A stretch of 36,226 bases of DNA, taken from the NCBI GenBank assembly GCA_021831005.1, contig JAKBNO010000052.1:1-36226 (forward strand). The letters are read 5' to 3'. The position numbers and the translations under genes were made by a program. Positions 7,980 through 16,907 of this stretch are shown piece after piece. This stretch comes from Thermoplasmata archaeon. Lineage in GTDB: Archaea; Thermoplasmatota; Thermoplasmata; Thermoplasmatales; GCA-001856825. How positions within the stretch are numbered: position 1 is the stretch's first letter; each line of letters opens with the position of its first letter. The notes under the pieces are model-generated. The model saw only the letters and a program-made list of their open reading frames with translations. It did not search any database and was not told the DNA's origin.

Positions 7980-10900
7980 TCACGGAACAACTTTTTCTAT
8001 ACTTATCTTGAGTTCGAGCCCAGATATATCCCAAACCTTGTCCAATCCTCCAACCGATGATTTTTCCTCTGCCTGAGTGCTTGAAAGTATGTATTCTTTG
8101 AAAGACGAAAACGCCTCCATCAGAGATTCATCTCCCTCGATCCGCAGATAGATTCTGTCGGTGTAATCCAGATTCGCATCCTTTCGCATGCTCTGAATTC
8201 TTCTCACCATCTCTCGGGCCAAACCTTCAAGATATAGTTTCTTGTCGAACTCCTTGTTTATCAGTATCCTGAGATCTGAAGTATCGTCGGATACAAATCT
8301 CTCGTCAAGGTGTTCCTTGGTGTCGACGTTCTCATTAGTTATGGTCTTGCCTAGCACAGTGACCGTTCCGGATTTCTTGAATTCTAGCTGGTTTTCACTC
8401 CTTCCAAATTCCGCTTCTGCAGCGGCTAGATCCTTTCCAAAGATTCTGCCTGTGGATTTCTTGTCCAGAACGTGTTCTTGTTTTAGGTAGGATTTCAGAT
8501 CTGCTGCCAGTAAGTCCTTCGTGTTCAGTTCCTTCTTGATCAGGTCGCTGAACTTTTCCATCACCCTTCCATACTCGGGATCGGTCACAACGATCTCTTT
8601 GACTGGTCTTCTCAAGATCAGACCATTCTTCTGTCTTATTCTCCTGCCTGATTCTACTATTTCTTTTACCAGATTCATTTCTTCTATTACCGAACTATCA
8701 AATTCTTCTTCCACAGGGAATTCAGAAAGGTGAACTGACTTAGCACCGTTCAATTTCATGAAAAGATATTCCGAGAAAAATGGAGTGAATGGTGCAAGCA
8801 TTTTTGTGATGCTGTTCAGTGCCTCATAGGCAACAAAGTATGATGACTTCTTAGCATCTGTGACATCCTTACTCCAGAAAGTATCTCTGGAAAGTCTCAA
8901 GTACCATTGTGATAAATCCAGCACAAGATCCTTTATGTCGTCCAGCGCAAGATGTGGATCATATTCGTCCATATGTTTTGTTACTGACGATATGCATTCC
9001 TTGGTCCTGTTGAGCATCCACTTGTCGAGGTCCGAAACCAATTTCTCCTTCTTTGGGCGCCAATTGTCCAATCTTGCATTGGTGGAGAACAGTAAATAAG
9101 AATTATAAATTGTTCCTAGCAATTTCCTGGAAAACTCAACTGAAACCTCTTCCGAGAATCTCTTTGGCTTCCACGGAGGGCCCTGGAAAAAGAACAGTCT
9201 GAGTGAGTCTGTTCCTATTCTGTCCATTATCTGGAGGGGATCCACTTGATCTCCTCGGGATTTGCTCATCTTTTCTCCCTTGGAGTTCAGAACGAATTCC
9301 ATCACCACGACATTCTTGTAGGCATTCCTGTCAAAGAGCAAGGAAGATATCACGTGGAGTGAATAGAACCAGCCCCTCGTCTGATCCATCGCCTCAGTTA
9401 TGAAATCAACCGGACTGTTCTCCTTGAATAATTCCTGATTTTCAAATGGGTAGTGATATTGTGCAAAGAAGGCAGAACCTGAATCGAACCAGGTATCGAT
9501 CGGGTACGGTTCGCGTATCATTTCTGCATCGCACTCTTGACACTTTACCTTCACTTCGTCAACTTTTGGCCTGTGAAGTTCAAAATTTTCTGGTACGTAC
9601 GTCGAGTTATCCAGCAACTCCTTCTTGCTTCCTGGCACGAAGACGTGATTGTTCTTGCACGTCCACACAGGAAGGGGTGTTCCCCAGAACCTGTTCCTCG
9701 ACAAAGCCCAATCCTTCCCCTCCTCTAAGAAATTTCCGAACCTTCCGTCTCGTATGTAATCTGGCTTCCAGTTCACCCTCTTGTTGTATTCTACAACCTT
9801 TTCCTTGACCTTTGATACTCCGATGAACCAGGATTCAACTGGATAGAATATCAGGCGAGTGTCACATCTCCAACAGAAAGGGTAGGAGTGAGATGTCTTT
9901 TCCGTCTTGATCATCTGGCCCCTCTCATTGAGATATTCGATGATCCTATCACTTGCAGTCTGCACATCAAGCCCTTTCCAGGGAGATTCCAGAGATATCT
10001 TTCCTGCCTCGTCGACGGTGACATAAAGCTCTCCCTTCTCCTTCTTCAAAACTGCATAGTCGTCCGCACCAAAAGCAGGCGCTTGATGCACTATTCCTGA
10101 GCCATCTTCCTTTGTGACGAAATCGCCCGCCACTACATACAGTCCAGTATTGACCCTGAGTATAGGAATCAGTTGTTCGTACTTTGTTCCTACGAAAAAA
10201 GATCCAGGTTTGCTGTCAAGAATTTCGTATTTCTTTAATACCATCTTGGCTCTCTCTTCTACCACCCAGATTTTTTCCCCCTTATAGTTGACCAATAAGT
10301 AATTGAAATTTGGGTTAACTGCGAGATACTCGTTTGCGGGAAGAGTCCACGGAGTTGTGGTCCAGACGAGGAAATATTCATCCTTTCCCGTTATCTTGAA
10401 TTTTACGTATATCGAGAAGTCATCGACTTCCTTGTAACCTTGAGATACTTCGTGTGCGCTGAGAGTGGTTCCACACCTGGGACAATAAGGGGATATCCTG
10501 AAGTCCTTGAACAGTAGGCCCTTCTTGTATAGTTCCTTAAGCGCCCACCATTCGCTCTCAATGTACTCGTCCTTCATGGTGATGTACGCCCTGTCGTAAT
10601 CGACCCAGAAACCCAGTCTCTTGGATGCTTCTGCCCAAATCTTGACGTACTCAAATACACTCTCCTTACAGAGAGCGTTGAACTTTGAAACCCCCAGTTT
10701 TTCTATCTCTGCCTTGTTCTTTATTCCCAGTTTCTTCTCCACCTCAATCTCAACCGGCAACCCGTGGCAGTCCCATCCTGCAATACGCGGATCGATGTAG
10801 AACCCCTTCATTGTCTTGTATCTGAGGAACAGATCTTTCATCGCCCTTGTCTCTGCGTGTCCTATGTGGGGTGGACCATTTGCGGTTGGAGGGCCCTCGA

Positions 10901-11030
10901 CAAACGAAAACCTTCGCTTCCCTCTATTTACTGCGAAGGACAGCTGCATGATGTTTTCTCTTTCCCAGTATTCAGATACTTCTTTCTCTATCTGCAGCGA
11001 GTCGAAGGATTGAGGAAGTTCGTCCAACAT
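7980..11030 (-). CDS. ileS: Isoleucine--tRNA ligase (type 2)
   Basis: EGPPTANGPPHIGH, GWDCHGLPVE, WTTTPWTLP, SRNRFWGTP, DQTRGWF, KMSKS. Start placed at ATG 11030 (promoter-like AAAATTATCAA about 25 nt upstream). Confidence 0.95.
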   Translation of the reverse strand: MLDELPQSFDSLQIEKEVSEYWERENIMQLSFAVNRGKRRFSFVEGPPTANGPPHIGHAETRAMKDLFLRYKTMKGFYIDPRIAGWDCHGLPVEIEVEKKLGIKNKAEIEKLGVSKFNALCKESVFEYVKIWAEASKRLGFWVDYDRAYITMKDEYIESEWWALKELYKKGLLFKDFRISPYCPRCGTTLSAHEVSQGYKEVDDFSIYVKFKITGKDEYFLVWTTTPWTLPANEYLAVNPNFNYLLVNYKGEKIWVVEERAKMVLKKYEILDSKPGSFFVGTKYEQLIPILRVNTGLYVVAGDFVTKEDGSGIVHQAPAFGADDYAVLKKEKGELYVTVDEAGKISLESPWKGLDVQTASDRIIEYLNERGQMIKTEKTSHSYPFCWRCDTRLIFYPVESWFIGVSKVKEKVVEYNKRVNWKPDYIRDGRFGNFLEEGKDWALSRNRFWGTPLPVWTCKNNHVFVPGSKKELLDNSTYVPENFELHRPKVDEVKVKCQECDAEMIREPYPIDTWFDSGSAFFAQYHYPFENQELFKENSPVDFITEAMDQTRGWFYSLHVISSLLFDRNAYKNVVVMEFVLNSKGEKMSKSRGDQVDPLQIMDRIGTDSLRLFFFQGPPWKPKRFSEEVSVEFSRKLLGTIYNSYLLFSTNARLDNWRPKKEKLVSDLDKWMLNRTKECISSVTKHMDEYDPHLALDDIKDLVLDLSQWYLRLSRDTFWSKDVTDAKKSSYFVAYEALNSITKMLAPFTPFFSEYLFMKLNGAKSVHLSEFPVEEEFDSSVIEEMNLVKEIVESGRRIRQKNGLILRRPVKEIVVTDPEYGRVMEKFSDLIKKELNTKDLLAADLKSYLKQEHVLDKKSTGRIFGKDLAAAEAEFGRSENQLEFKKSGTVTVLGKTITNENVDTKEHLDERFVSDDTSDLRILINKEFDKKLYLEGLAREMVRRIQSMRKDANLDYTDRIYLRIEGDESLMEAFSSFKEYILSSTQAEEKSSVGGLDKVWDISGLELKISIEKVVP

Positions 11031-11104
11031 AAGCAACTTTATGTGCATCAGATTGATAATTTTTGTCCATTGTTTTCGATTCTCTATACAATCTTGGGCC
11101 GACA

Positions 11105-11419
11105 ATGAATACGATCTCGTTTCTAATCCTGAATCACGGTTTCACTTTCATGCTAGTCATCTTTGCAATAAGTGGAATCGGTTCAGCTATAGCATTCTCA
11201 AAACTCCTAGCTTACACATCAAAGAGTTCGTCAGCAGCCCAGGGGGTGTTCGATTATGAACTGTTCTTCGGGCTTGGTTTCATTTATGGAAGCCTTGGAG
11301 GGGGCTGGCTGTTCCAATACTTTGGCTTTCTGGCTGCAATAATCGTCTTCATACCTTCCCTGGAATATGGAATAGTGCTTCCCGGAATATCCAGACGAGG
11401 TTCGCCCACACCGGTTTGA
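11105..11419 (+). pseudogene. Probable fragment of an MFS-like membrane transporter
   Basis: About 104 aa with SGIGSAIAFS...AQGVFDYELFFGLGFIYGSLGGGWL, resembling the last helices of an MFS half; far too short for an intact MFS. Confidence 0.4.
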
Positions 11420-11605
11420 TGGATCAATTCCCATTGATTTTTTCGCAACCCGTTTCAAGCAAATAATTTAGTCGTAAGATTCACCAGTTGCTTTAGGAAA
11501 ATTTGCTCCTTTGTATATATGAAGTAGTGTGTCAAAGTATCGGGGGGCAAATTCCCTCTTGACCTTTCGGCACGCTGACTATGTCGTATCTGGTCTCCAA
11601 TGAAT

Positions 11606-11618
11606 AAACGCTTAAATA
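11606..11618 (+). promoter_or_regulatory. BRE + TATA box of the eL42 operon
   Basis: AAACGCTTAAATA about 40 nt upstream of the TTG start; SD-like GGTGG at 11646-11650. Confidence 0.65.
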
Positions 11619-11655
11619 CGCAGTCCAAATTCAGCTTGCAACATCGGTGGTATAA

Positions 11656-11943
11656 TTGAAGTTACCTAGAAAGATTATGAGATATTGCCCTCATTGTAAG
11701 AAACATACTCAGCAGGAAGTCGAGAGAGTAAAGAAAAAGAAGGCTAGTGAGATGAGAAAGGGACAGAGGCGCTTCAGAAGGGTTACCTCTGGTTATGGAG
11801 GTTTCCCCAGGCCAGTCTACGAGGGAAGGGAGAAACCGACCAAGAGAATCAATATCAGATACAGATGTCTGGAATGCAAGAAGGCCTACCATTCTCCTAC
11901 CTGGAGAGCAAAGAAGTTCGAACTAGCGGAGGTCGAAGCGTAG
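11656..11943 (+). CDS. rpl44e: 50S ribosomal protein eL42 (L44e)
   Basis: YCPHCKKHT, GYGGFPRP, KPTKR, RCLECKKA. Confidence 0.96.
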   Translation: MKLPRKIMRYCPHCKKHTQQEVERVKKKKASEMRKGQRRFRRVTSGYGGFPRPVYEGREKPTKRINIRYRCLECKKAYHSPTWRAKKFELAEVEA

Positions 11944-11952
11944 GTGCCAACA

Positions 11953-12132
11953 ATGATTAAGGGAATGGACAAGTCTTTCATCAAGATAAAATGCCCGGAC
12001 TGCGGCACAGAGACCCTCACGTATGCAAGAGGCTCGACAGAGGTCAAGTGCCAGGTCTGCAACACAGTACTCGCGAAACCAACTGGCGGAAAGTACGAAG
12101 TGAATGGACAGATAGTTGGAGAATTTAAATGA
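11953..12132 (+). CDS. rps27e: 30S ribosomal protein eS27 (S27e)
   Basis: FIKIKCPDCG...VKCQVCNTVLAKPTGGK; conserved position after eL42; start uncertain (GTG 11944 or ATG 11953). Confidence 0.95.
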   Translation: MIKGMDKSFIKIKCPDCGTETLTYARGSTEVKCQVCNTVLAKPTGGKYEVNGQIVGEFK

Positions 12133-12887
12133 AGAAGAACGATCCAGAGATTGGAGATCTCGCCGTTTGCACGGTCAAGGAAGTGCGCGATTTTGGAGTG
12201 ATATGCAGTCTGGATGAATTCCCTGGAAAGGAGGGTTTCATTCACATCACGGAGGTCTCGTCTGGCTGGATCAAATACATAAGGGATTACGTTAGAGAGG
12301 GAAAGAGGGTAGTCTGCAAGGTCCTGGATGCGAACCCTTCCAGGGGAAGGTTCGATCTCTCACTTAGGAGGGTAAACGACCATCAAAAGAGAGAAAAACT
12401 CAAAGAGTGGAAGAACGAGCAGAGGGCAGAGAAGATACTGGCAAATCTTTCAACCCAGTATCCTGGAAAATTGGACAAGTCCGTCGCAGTAGAGGAGATG
12501 GAGGAAAAGTTCGGATCGCTTGCGTATGCCCTGGAGGTAGCTGCGGTTGAACCAGAGCAGTTCTCAGCGGACCTGAAAAACAAGGAGTGGGCCACCGTCA
12601 TAATAGACTATGCAAAGGAAAATCTCAAACCACCTGTGGCAGAAGTGAGAGGAATTTTGAGATTGAAAGATAGTTCTGGAAACGGTATAGAAGTCATTAA
12701 GAACGCGCTGAAAGGTGGGGAGAGAGAGGGTATTGAGATTACCTACCTCGGAGCACCCCAGTACAGGATCATTTCGCGCGCTGAAGATGCGAAGATTGCG
12801 GAAGAGAACATGAAAAAGAGTGGCGAAGACATAATATCCTACCTCAAGAAGCACGGTGGGATAGGCGAGGGACCAGTGAAAGAGTGA
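12129..12887 (+). CDS. eif2a: Translation initiation factor aIF2 alpha
   Basis: S1 domain (PEIGDL...EGFIHITEVSSGWIKYIRD...DLSLRRV), YLGAPQYRI. Confidence 0.95.
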   Translation: MKKNDPEIGDLAVCTVKEVRDFGVICSLDEFPGKEGFIHITEVSSGWIKYIRDYVREGKRVVCKVLDANPSRGRFDLSLRRVNDHQKREKLKEWKNEQRAEKILANLSTQYPGKLDKSVAVEEMEEKFGSLAYALEVAAVEPEQFSADLKNKEWATVIIDYAKENLKPPVAEVRGILRLKDSSGNGIEVIKNALKGGEREGIEITYLGAPQYRIISRAEDAKIAEENMKKSGEDIISYLKKHGGIGEGPVKE

Positions 12888-13045
12888 AAAGTCTTATTTT
12901 CAAGTGCACAGCTTGCAATGGCTATACGCTGGAAGGAAAATGCCCAAAGTGTGGTTCTTCAACCAAGTCAACAATTCCCCCGAGATTCTCGCCACAAGAT
13001 AAATATGGAAAGTACAGGTTGAAGATGCTGTATGGGAAGGAGTGA
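12884..13045 (+). CDS. nop10: H/ACA RNP protein Nop10 (not in ORF track)
   Basis: Translated by hand: MKSLIFKCTACNGYTLEGKCPKCGSSTKSTIPPRFSPQDKYGKYRLKMLYGKE; zinc ribbon plus PPRFSPxDKYGKYR signature; conserved position. Confidence 0.93.
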   Translation: MKSLIFKCTACNGYTLEGKCPKCGSSTKSTIPPRFSPQDKYGKYRLKMLYGKE

Positions 13046-13049
13046 AAAA

Positions 13050-13802
13050 ATGGAAAGTGTAATCATTCGAATGGTAGACAACGTGAAGTTAAAGAATTCG
13101 GTATTGATTGTTGGACTCCCGGGAATCGGGAATGTCGGAAAGATAACTGCGGATTTCCTTATAGAGAGCATTAAGGCAAAGAAGCTCGCAGACGTATTCT
13201 CTCATCACCTGCCCCCACAGGTACTGATGAACGAAGATGCCCTTGCCAGACTGGTAAGGAATGAACTGTACTACAAGAAGAGAAAGGAAGGGGACATCAT
13301 ATTCTTCACCGGAGATTTCCAGGGACTCACTTCACAGGGACAGTACGAGATATGCTACAAAGTCCTGGAACTGGGGACCAAGCTAGATGTCAAGCGGATC
13401 ATAACGCTTGGAGGTTACCAGATAGGCAAGCTCATGGAGCTCCCTAGAGTGCTCGGAGCATATACTTCTAAAGAAGTGAAAGAAGAAGTGGAGAAACTGG
13501 GCGTCATATTCTCAAAGAATGAACCCGGAGGAGGCATCGTCGGAGGGGCAGGTCTTTTCCTCGGAATGGGACAGGAACTGTTCGAACTGCCTGGAGTCTG
13601 CCTGATGGGAGAAACTTCTGGCTACTTCACGGACCCCAAATCGGCGAAACAGGTCACAAAGATACTGGTGGATTATCTCAAGCTGGGAACTGACACAGCA
13701 AGCTTGGACGAGCGGATAAAAGAAATAGAGGACATAACGACCAGGATGATAGAGAACCCCTCACCTGAAGAAAGAAAAGAGGACCTGGGATATTTCGGAT
13801 AA
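13050..13802 (+). CDS. Proteasome assembly chaperone (PAC2) family protein
   Basis: GLPGIGNVGKI, ITLGGY, GGIVGGAG, CLMGETSGY..DPKSA; conserved position after nop10. Confidence 0.9.
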   Translation: MESVIIRMVDNVKLKNSVLIVGLPGIGNVGKITADFLIESIKAKKLADVFSHHLPPQVLMNEDALARLVRNELYYKKRKEGDIIFFTGDFQGLTSQGQYEICYKVLELGTKLDVKRIITLGGYQIGKLMELPRVLGAYTSKEVKEEVEKLGVIFSKNEPGGGIVGGAGLFLGMGQELFELPGVCLMGETSGYFTDPKSAKQVTKILVDYLKLGTDTASLDERIKEIEDITTRMIENPSPEERKEDLGYFG

Positions 13803-13859
13803 GGAAGCTCATCCGATTTATTTTACTCTTTTTTAAGCACAATCTTTTCAGGAAGATTG

Positions 13860-14180
13860 TTACTTCTCCAAGACATCCCCTATGAGATCTGAATGCCTTG
13901 GATTTATCGAATAATAAGTGAACTTCCATTTCTCTCTTCTCAGTAGCAGTCCGACTTCGTACAATTTGTGAAGATGAGAGGTCACCGTAGGCTGTGGCAA
14001 GCCAAGGGCTATTTCTAGGTCGCAGGCACAGACCTCTCCATACTCTAGCATAATGTCAAGTATGGCAATTCTAGAACCGTTCGCAAGTGCTGAAATCATC
14101 TCGGCAGATTTCTGATACTTCCTCGTATCGACTTTCTTGATGCCCTTGACTGTGCAGGTTCTCGAATCCTCACTTTTCAC
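13860..14180 (-). CDS. arsR: ArsR/SmtB family metalloregulator
   Basis: ALANGSRIAIL...EVCACDL...QPTVTSHLHKL winged HTH with CxC site; overlaps the acr3 stop. Confidence 0.88.
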   Translation of the reverse strand: MKSEDSRTCTVKGIKKVDTRKYQKSAEMISALANGSRIAILDIMLEYGEVCACDLEIALGLPQPTVTSHLHKLYEVGLLLRREKWKFTYYSINPRHSDLIGDVLEK

Positions 14181-15225
14181 CCAGAATCACTCCCTTGCTT
14201 GGGTCTGTCTTCATGATGCTGTTTCTTCTGGTCAGCTGCAACCAGACGAGCAACAGCATGAGCGGAATTTCAAGCAGGGGACCTATTGCAGTCGTGAATA
14301 TCACGTACGGGTACGCTGCAAATGCCACAATCGCTATGGCTATACTTATCTCAAAGTCCCTCGCTGAAACTGTGAAACCTATTGCAGTCGAATCGGGATA
14401 GTCGAACTTCGCTCTCTTTGCTGCATAATATCCCACATGAAAGAGCACGAAATAGAAGGAGAGCATGACAACGCCCACCATCCAAATCAGTGTTATGTGA
14501 TCCAGTATACCCGATCCCTCACTCCAGAAAATGCTGACGATTGTGAACATCAGGGCGAGTGTTTGCACAGTTCCCAGACCATTCAAGAACTTCGTAAAAT
14601 ATGGTTTTCGCCAAAGGAAATAACGTGTCAGCGTTCCGGCCACCAAAGGAGTCACAAGATACAAAATAACGCTCTGCAGGATCACCAGCGGATTGATAAT
14701 CAGTTGTGTCCGTGCAAGGAGATAGACCAGGAAAGGAGTAGTCAGGACCTGTATTATGGAATTCCATGCAACAAACGACACTCCAGCCGCTAGGTTGCCT
14801 TTTGCCAGATCTGTCCAAACCATGACCATAGCTATGCATGGGGCCACTCCGAGCAATATGATTCCCACAAGGACCTGTGACCCTACCTGTGTCCCAATGA
14901 ATCCAAACCGTTCGAATATGCCGAAGAAGAATAAATAAGCCAGTCCCGCGACCAGAAAGGGAGCAATAGCATAATTCAGGAAGACCATCAGGCCCAGTTT
15001 CCTAACATCCTTCATGCCTCCAAGAATTTCCTTTAGGTGCACCTTCGTCATCGCTGGGTAAATCATGAAGAAGAGACCGATCGGGATTCCAAAGGTCGAT
15101 ACGGTCCCGATCAGATTACTTCCTTTGAAACTCAACCCCAACCCCAGAATCATTGAAACTGCCACGAATACTGGAAAAAGTGTTGTTCTGAGAGGAAGTG
15201 ACCTTCGAACTCTAACTGAGTTCAC
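14170..15225 (-). CDS. acr3: Acr3 family arsenite efflux transporter
   Basis: GLFFMIYPAMTKV, APCIAMVMVWT, DFEISIAIA, GPLLEIPLM motifs; about 10 TM. Confidence 0.92.
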   Translation of the reverse strand: MNSVRVRRSLPLRTTLFPVFVAVSMILGLGLSFKGSNLIGTVSTFGIPIGLFFMIYPAMTKVHLKEILGGMKDVRKLGLMVFLNYAIAPFLVAGLAYLFFFGIFERFGFIGTQVGSQVLVGIILLGVAPCIAMVMVWTDLAKGNLAAGVSFVAWNSIIQVLTTPFLVYLLARTQLIINPLVILQSVILYLVTPLVAGTLTRYFLWRKPYFTKFLNGLGTVQTLALMFTIVSIFWSEGSGILDHITLIWMVGVVMLSFYFVLFHVGYYAAKRAKFDYPDSTAIGFTVSARDFEISIAIAIVAFAAYPYVIFTTAIGPLLEIPLMLLLVWLQLTRRNSIMKTDPSKGVILGEK

Positions 15226-15301
15226 AGACGCCCCCTTCCTTCGGTTTTATCCCAGAATTCGCAATGTATACAAGGATTCGGAACACACTTTTAAATCATA
15301 T

Positions 15302-15329
15302 TGTCATATTAATGTTTTATGATATGACA
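15302..15329. promoter_or_regulatory. Inverted repeat TGTCATAT-N12-ATATGACA, putative ArsR operator next to the acr3 TATA box
   Basis: Perfect 8-bp arms just upstream (minus strand) of TTTAAAAG at 15288-15295. Confidence 0.5.
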
Positions 15330-15421
15330 GCTTGGAAGTATTGCATCTTTACTGACGACTGGGTCCACAATGTAGCTACAAAAATGAGTTAAAAATTTAT
15401 ACAGCATATTTATCAGCAGGC

Positions 15422-15586
15422 ATGGAAGAGCTACTCGTTCATTTCGATATTTATTCTGAAAATGCAAAGTTCTTTGCAAAAGTTAAGAGTGAAATGGGTG
15501 GCCTCAGAGAGTTTTCTGCAAGAAACATCGACAAGCTGATGGAACAAGTAATCATCGATGTCAGCGAGGAATTTGACAACTTATAG
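15422..15586 (+). CDS. Small hypothetical protein, 54 aa (not in ORF track)
   Basis: MEELLVHFDIYSENAKFFAKVKSEMGGLREFSARNIDKLMEQVIIDVSEEFDNL; AAAAATTTATA box about 25 nt upstream; fills the intergenic gap. Confidence 0.65.
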   Translation: MEELLVHFDIYSENAKFFAKVKSEMGGLREFSARNIDKLMEQVIIDVSEEFDNL

Positions 15587-15634
15587 ATCAGCCAACCGCT
15601 TATGAGTTCGTGATCTTTCCTACGGACTGACCTG

Positions 15635-16867
15635 TCAGACTTCATCTTTATGAAGCGCTTTGTAAATCCTACCCATCAGCAGCGGCTGGATAGTCAATGA
15701 AGTGAATATGATGACCAGTACAAGCGCTTCTATAGCCTGTCCCCAGTATTGCAGGAGCACGTTGTTTGTCTGATCCCCCATTATGAGAACGGTCGGCGCC
15801 AGTATGGCAGGGAAGATACCTCTCGTACCCTCCAACCCCACAAACACGAGGTCTCCGTACTTCAGGTCAACGTCCACCGAACCCGCCAGTATGACAGCGA
15901 GTGGTCTCACGATGAATATCAGAATCAGTGCAATCAGAATGCCAGGGATGACGAATGAAATAAGGATGGAAAGATTGATGGAAGCACCCAGAAACACGAA
16001 TATAAGGATCGCCGCGAAGGTGGATATGTTGTCCATGAACTGCTTGTAGTTCTCGAATTCTGTATCCCTCGGCATGAAATTCCCTGAGAGAACCCCGAAG
16101 ATGGCCGCAGCCATATAACCGGATCCGCCGCTCACAACAGTTATCGAGTAGGCAGACAAGCCGAACAATAGGAACATGGCTGTATAATATTCTTTGAAAT
16201 CCTTCGGCAGTTTGACCCTGAGTAGGTAGAGCAGTCCGAACAGGGCTCCAGCAATCAGTATCGGAAATAATCCCTGTGTGAAAAGAACGTAGAGGAACAC
16301 GTTGCTGAAAGTGAATGGAGACGACTGTATCAGGGAGACGTTCTTTGGAAAGAAGATGATTATTACCGCTATTAGGAACAGGTACGAGAACGGGTCGTTG
16401 AACACCGATTCTGTAATCAGCAACGTGGATGGTACTTCAGATACTTTCGTTTTCCTTAGAGATGTTATAACGGATGCTGGATCCGTGGAAGAGATAATGG
16501 CTCCGACCATGAACCCGACCCATACTGGTGCCCTCAGAAGGAATACCAGAATGACTCCGGTCGTTATCCCTGTGACAAAAAGAACAAAGGTCAACAACAT
16601 CGATAGTGGTTTCAGTATCCTCCTCAGCAGATATCTTGGAATCTTGGACGACTCGGCGAGTATAACGAATGCCGCTCCTATTGGCCCGATGTAATTGTAG
16701 AAGAGCACTTCAGCTTCCCCTGGCTTGATGAGGTAAAGAACCGGTCCCACCAGAATACCAAGCAGCAGGAGATACGGAATGTATACAGTCCCAGTGAGCC
16801 TAGCTATCAGCGTTGCTAAATACCCTAGAGTAAGTGCAATGAGGATGGGAGCTAGGAAGCTGTACAC
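15635..16867 (-). CDS. CPA1 family cation:proton antiporter (NhaP-like)
   Basis: GAIISSTDPASV, LITESVFNDP, GTRGIFPA motifs; about 12-13 TM. Confidence 0.9.
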   Translation of the reverse strand: MYSFLAPILIALTLGYLATLIARLTGTVYIPYLLLLGILVGPVLYLIKPGEAEVLFYNYIGPIGAAFVILAESSKIPRYLLRRILKPLSMLLTFVLFVTGITTGVILVFLLRAPVWVGFMVGAIISSTDPASVITSLRKTKVSEVPSTLLITESVFNDPFSYLFLIAVIIIFFPKNVSLIQSSPFTFSNVFLYVLFTQGLFPILIAGALFGLLYLLRVKLPKDFKEYYTAMFLLFGLSAYSITVVSGGSGYMAAAIFGVLSGNFMPRDTEFENYKQFMDNISTFAAILIFVFLGASINLSILISFVIPGILIALILIFIVRPLAVILAGSVDVDLKYGDLVFVGLEGTRGIFPAILAPTVLIMGDQTNNVLLQYWGQAIEALVLVIIFTSLTIQPLLMGRIYKALHKDEV

Positions 16868-16907
16868 TTGTGTATAACAGCAAATAGATTAAAATCTTTT
16901 TTTGAAC

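Noticed and set aside
11941..11946. eL42 TAG followed directly by an in-frame GTG of eS27 (possible readthrough fusion); similarly TGA-TTG at uL5/uS14
   Set aside because: Both proteins are complete and each downstream gene has its own SD-like site; this is ordinary tight packing with no recoding signal.
15451..15645. 64-aa minus-strand ORF in the track
   Set aside because: Antisense to the better supported 54-aa + strand ORF with a promoter; composition suggests a shadow ORF.
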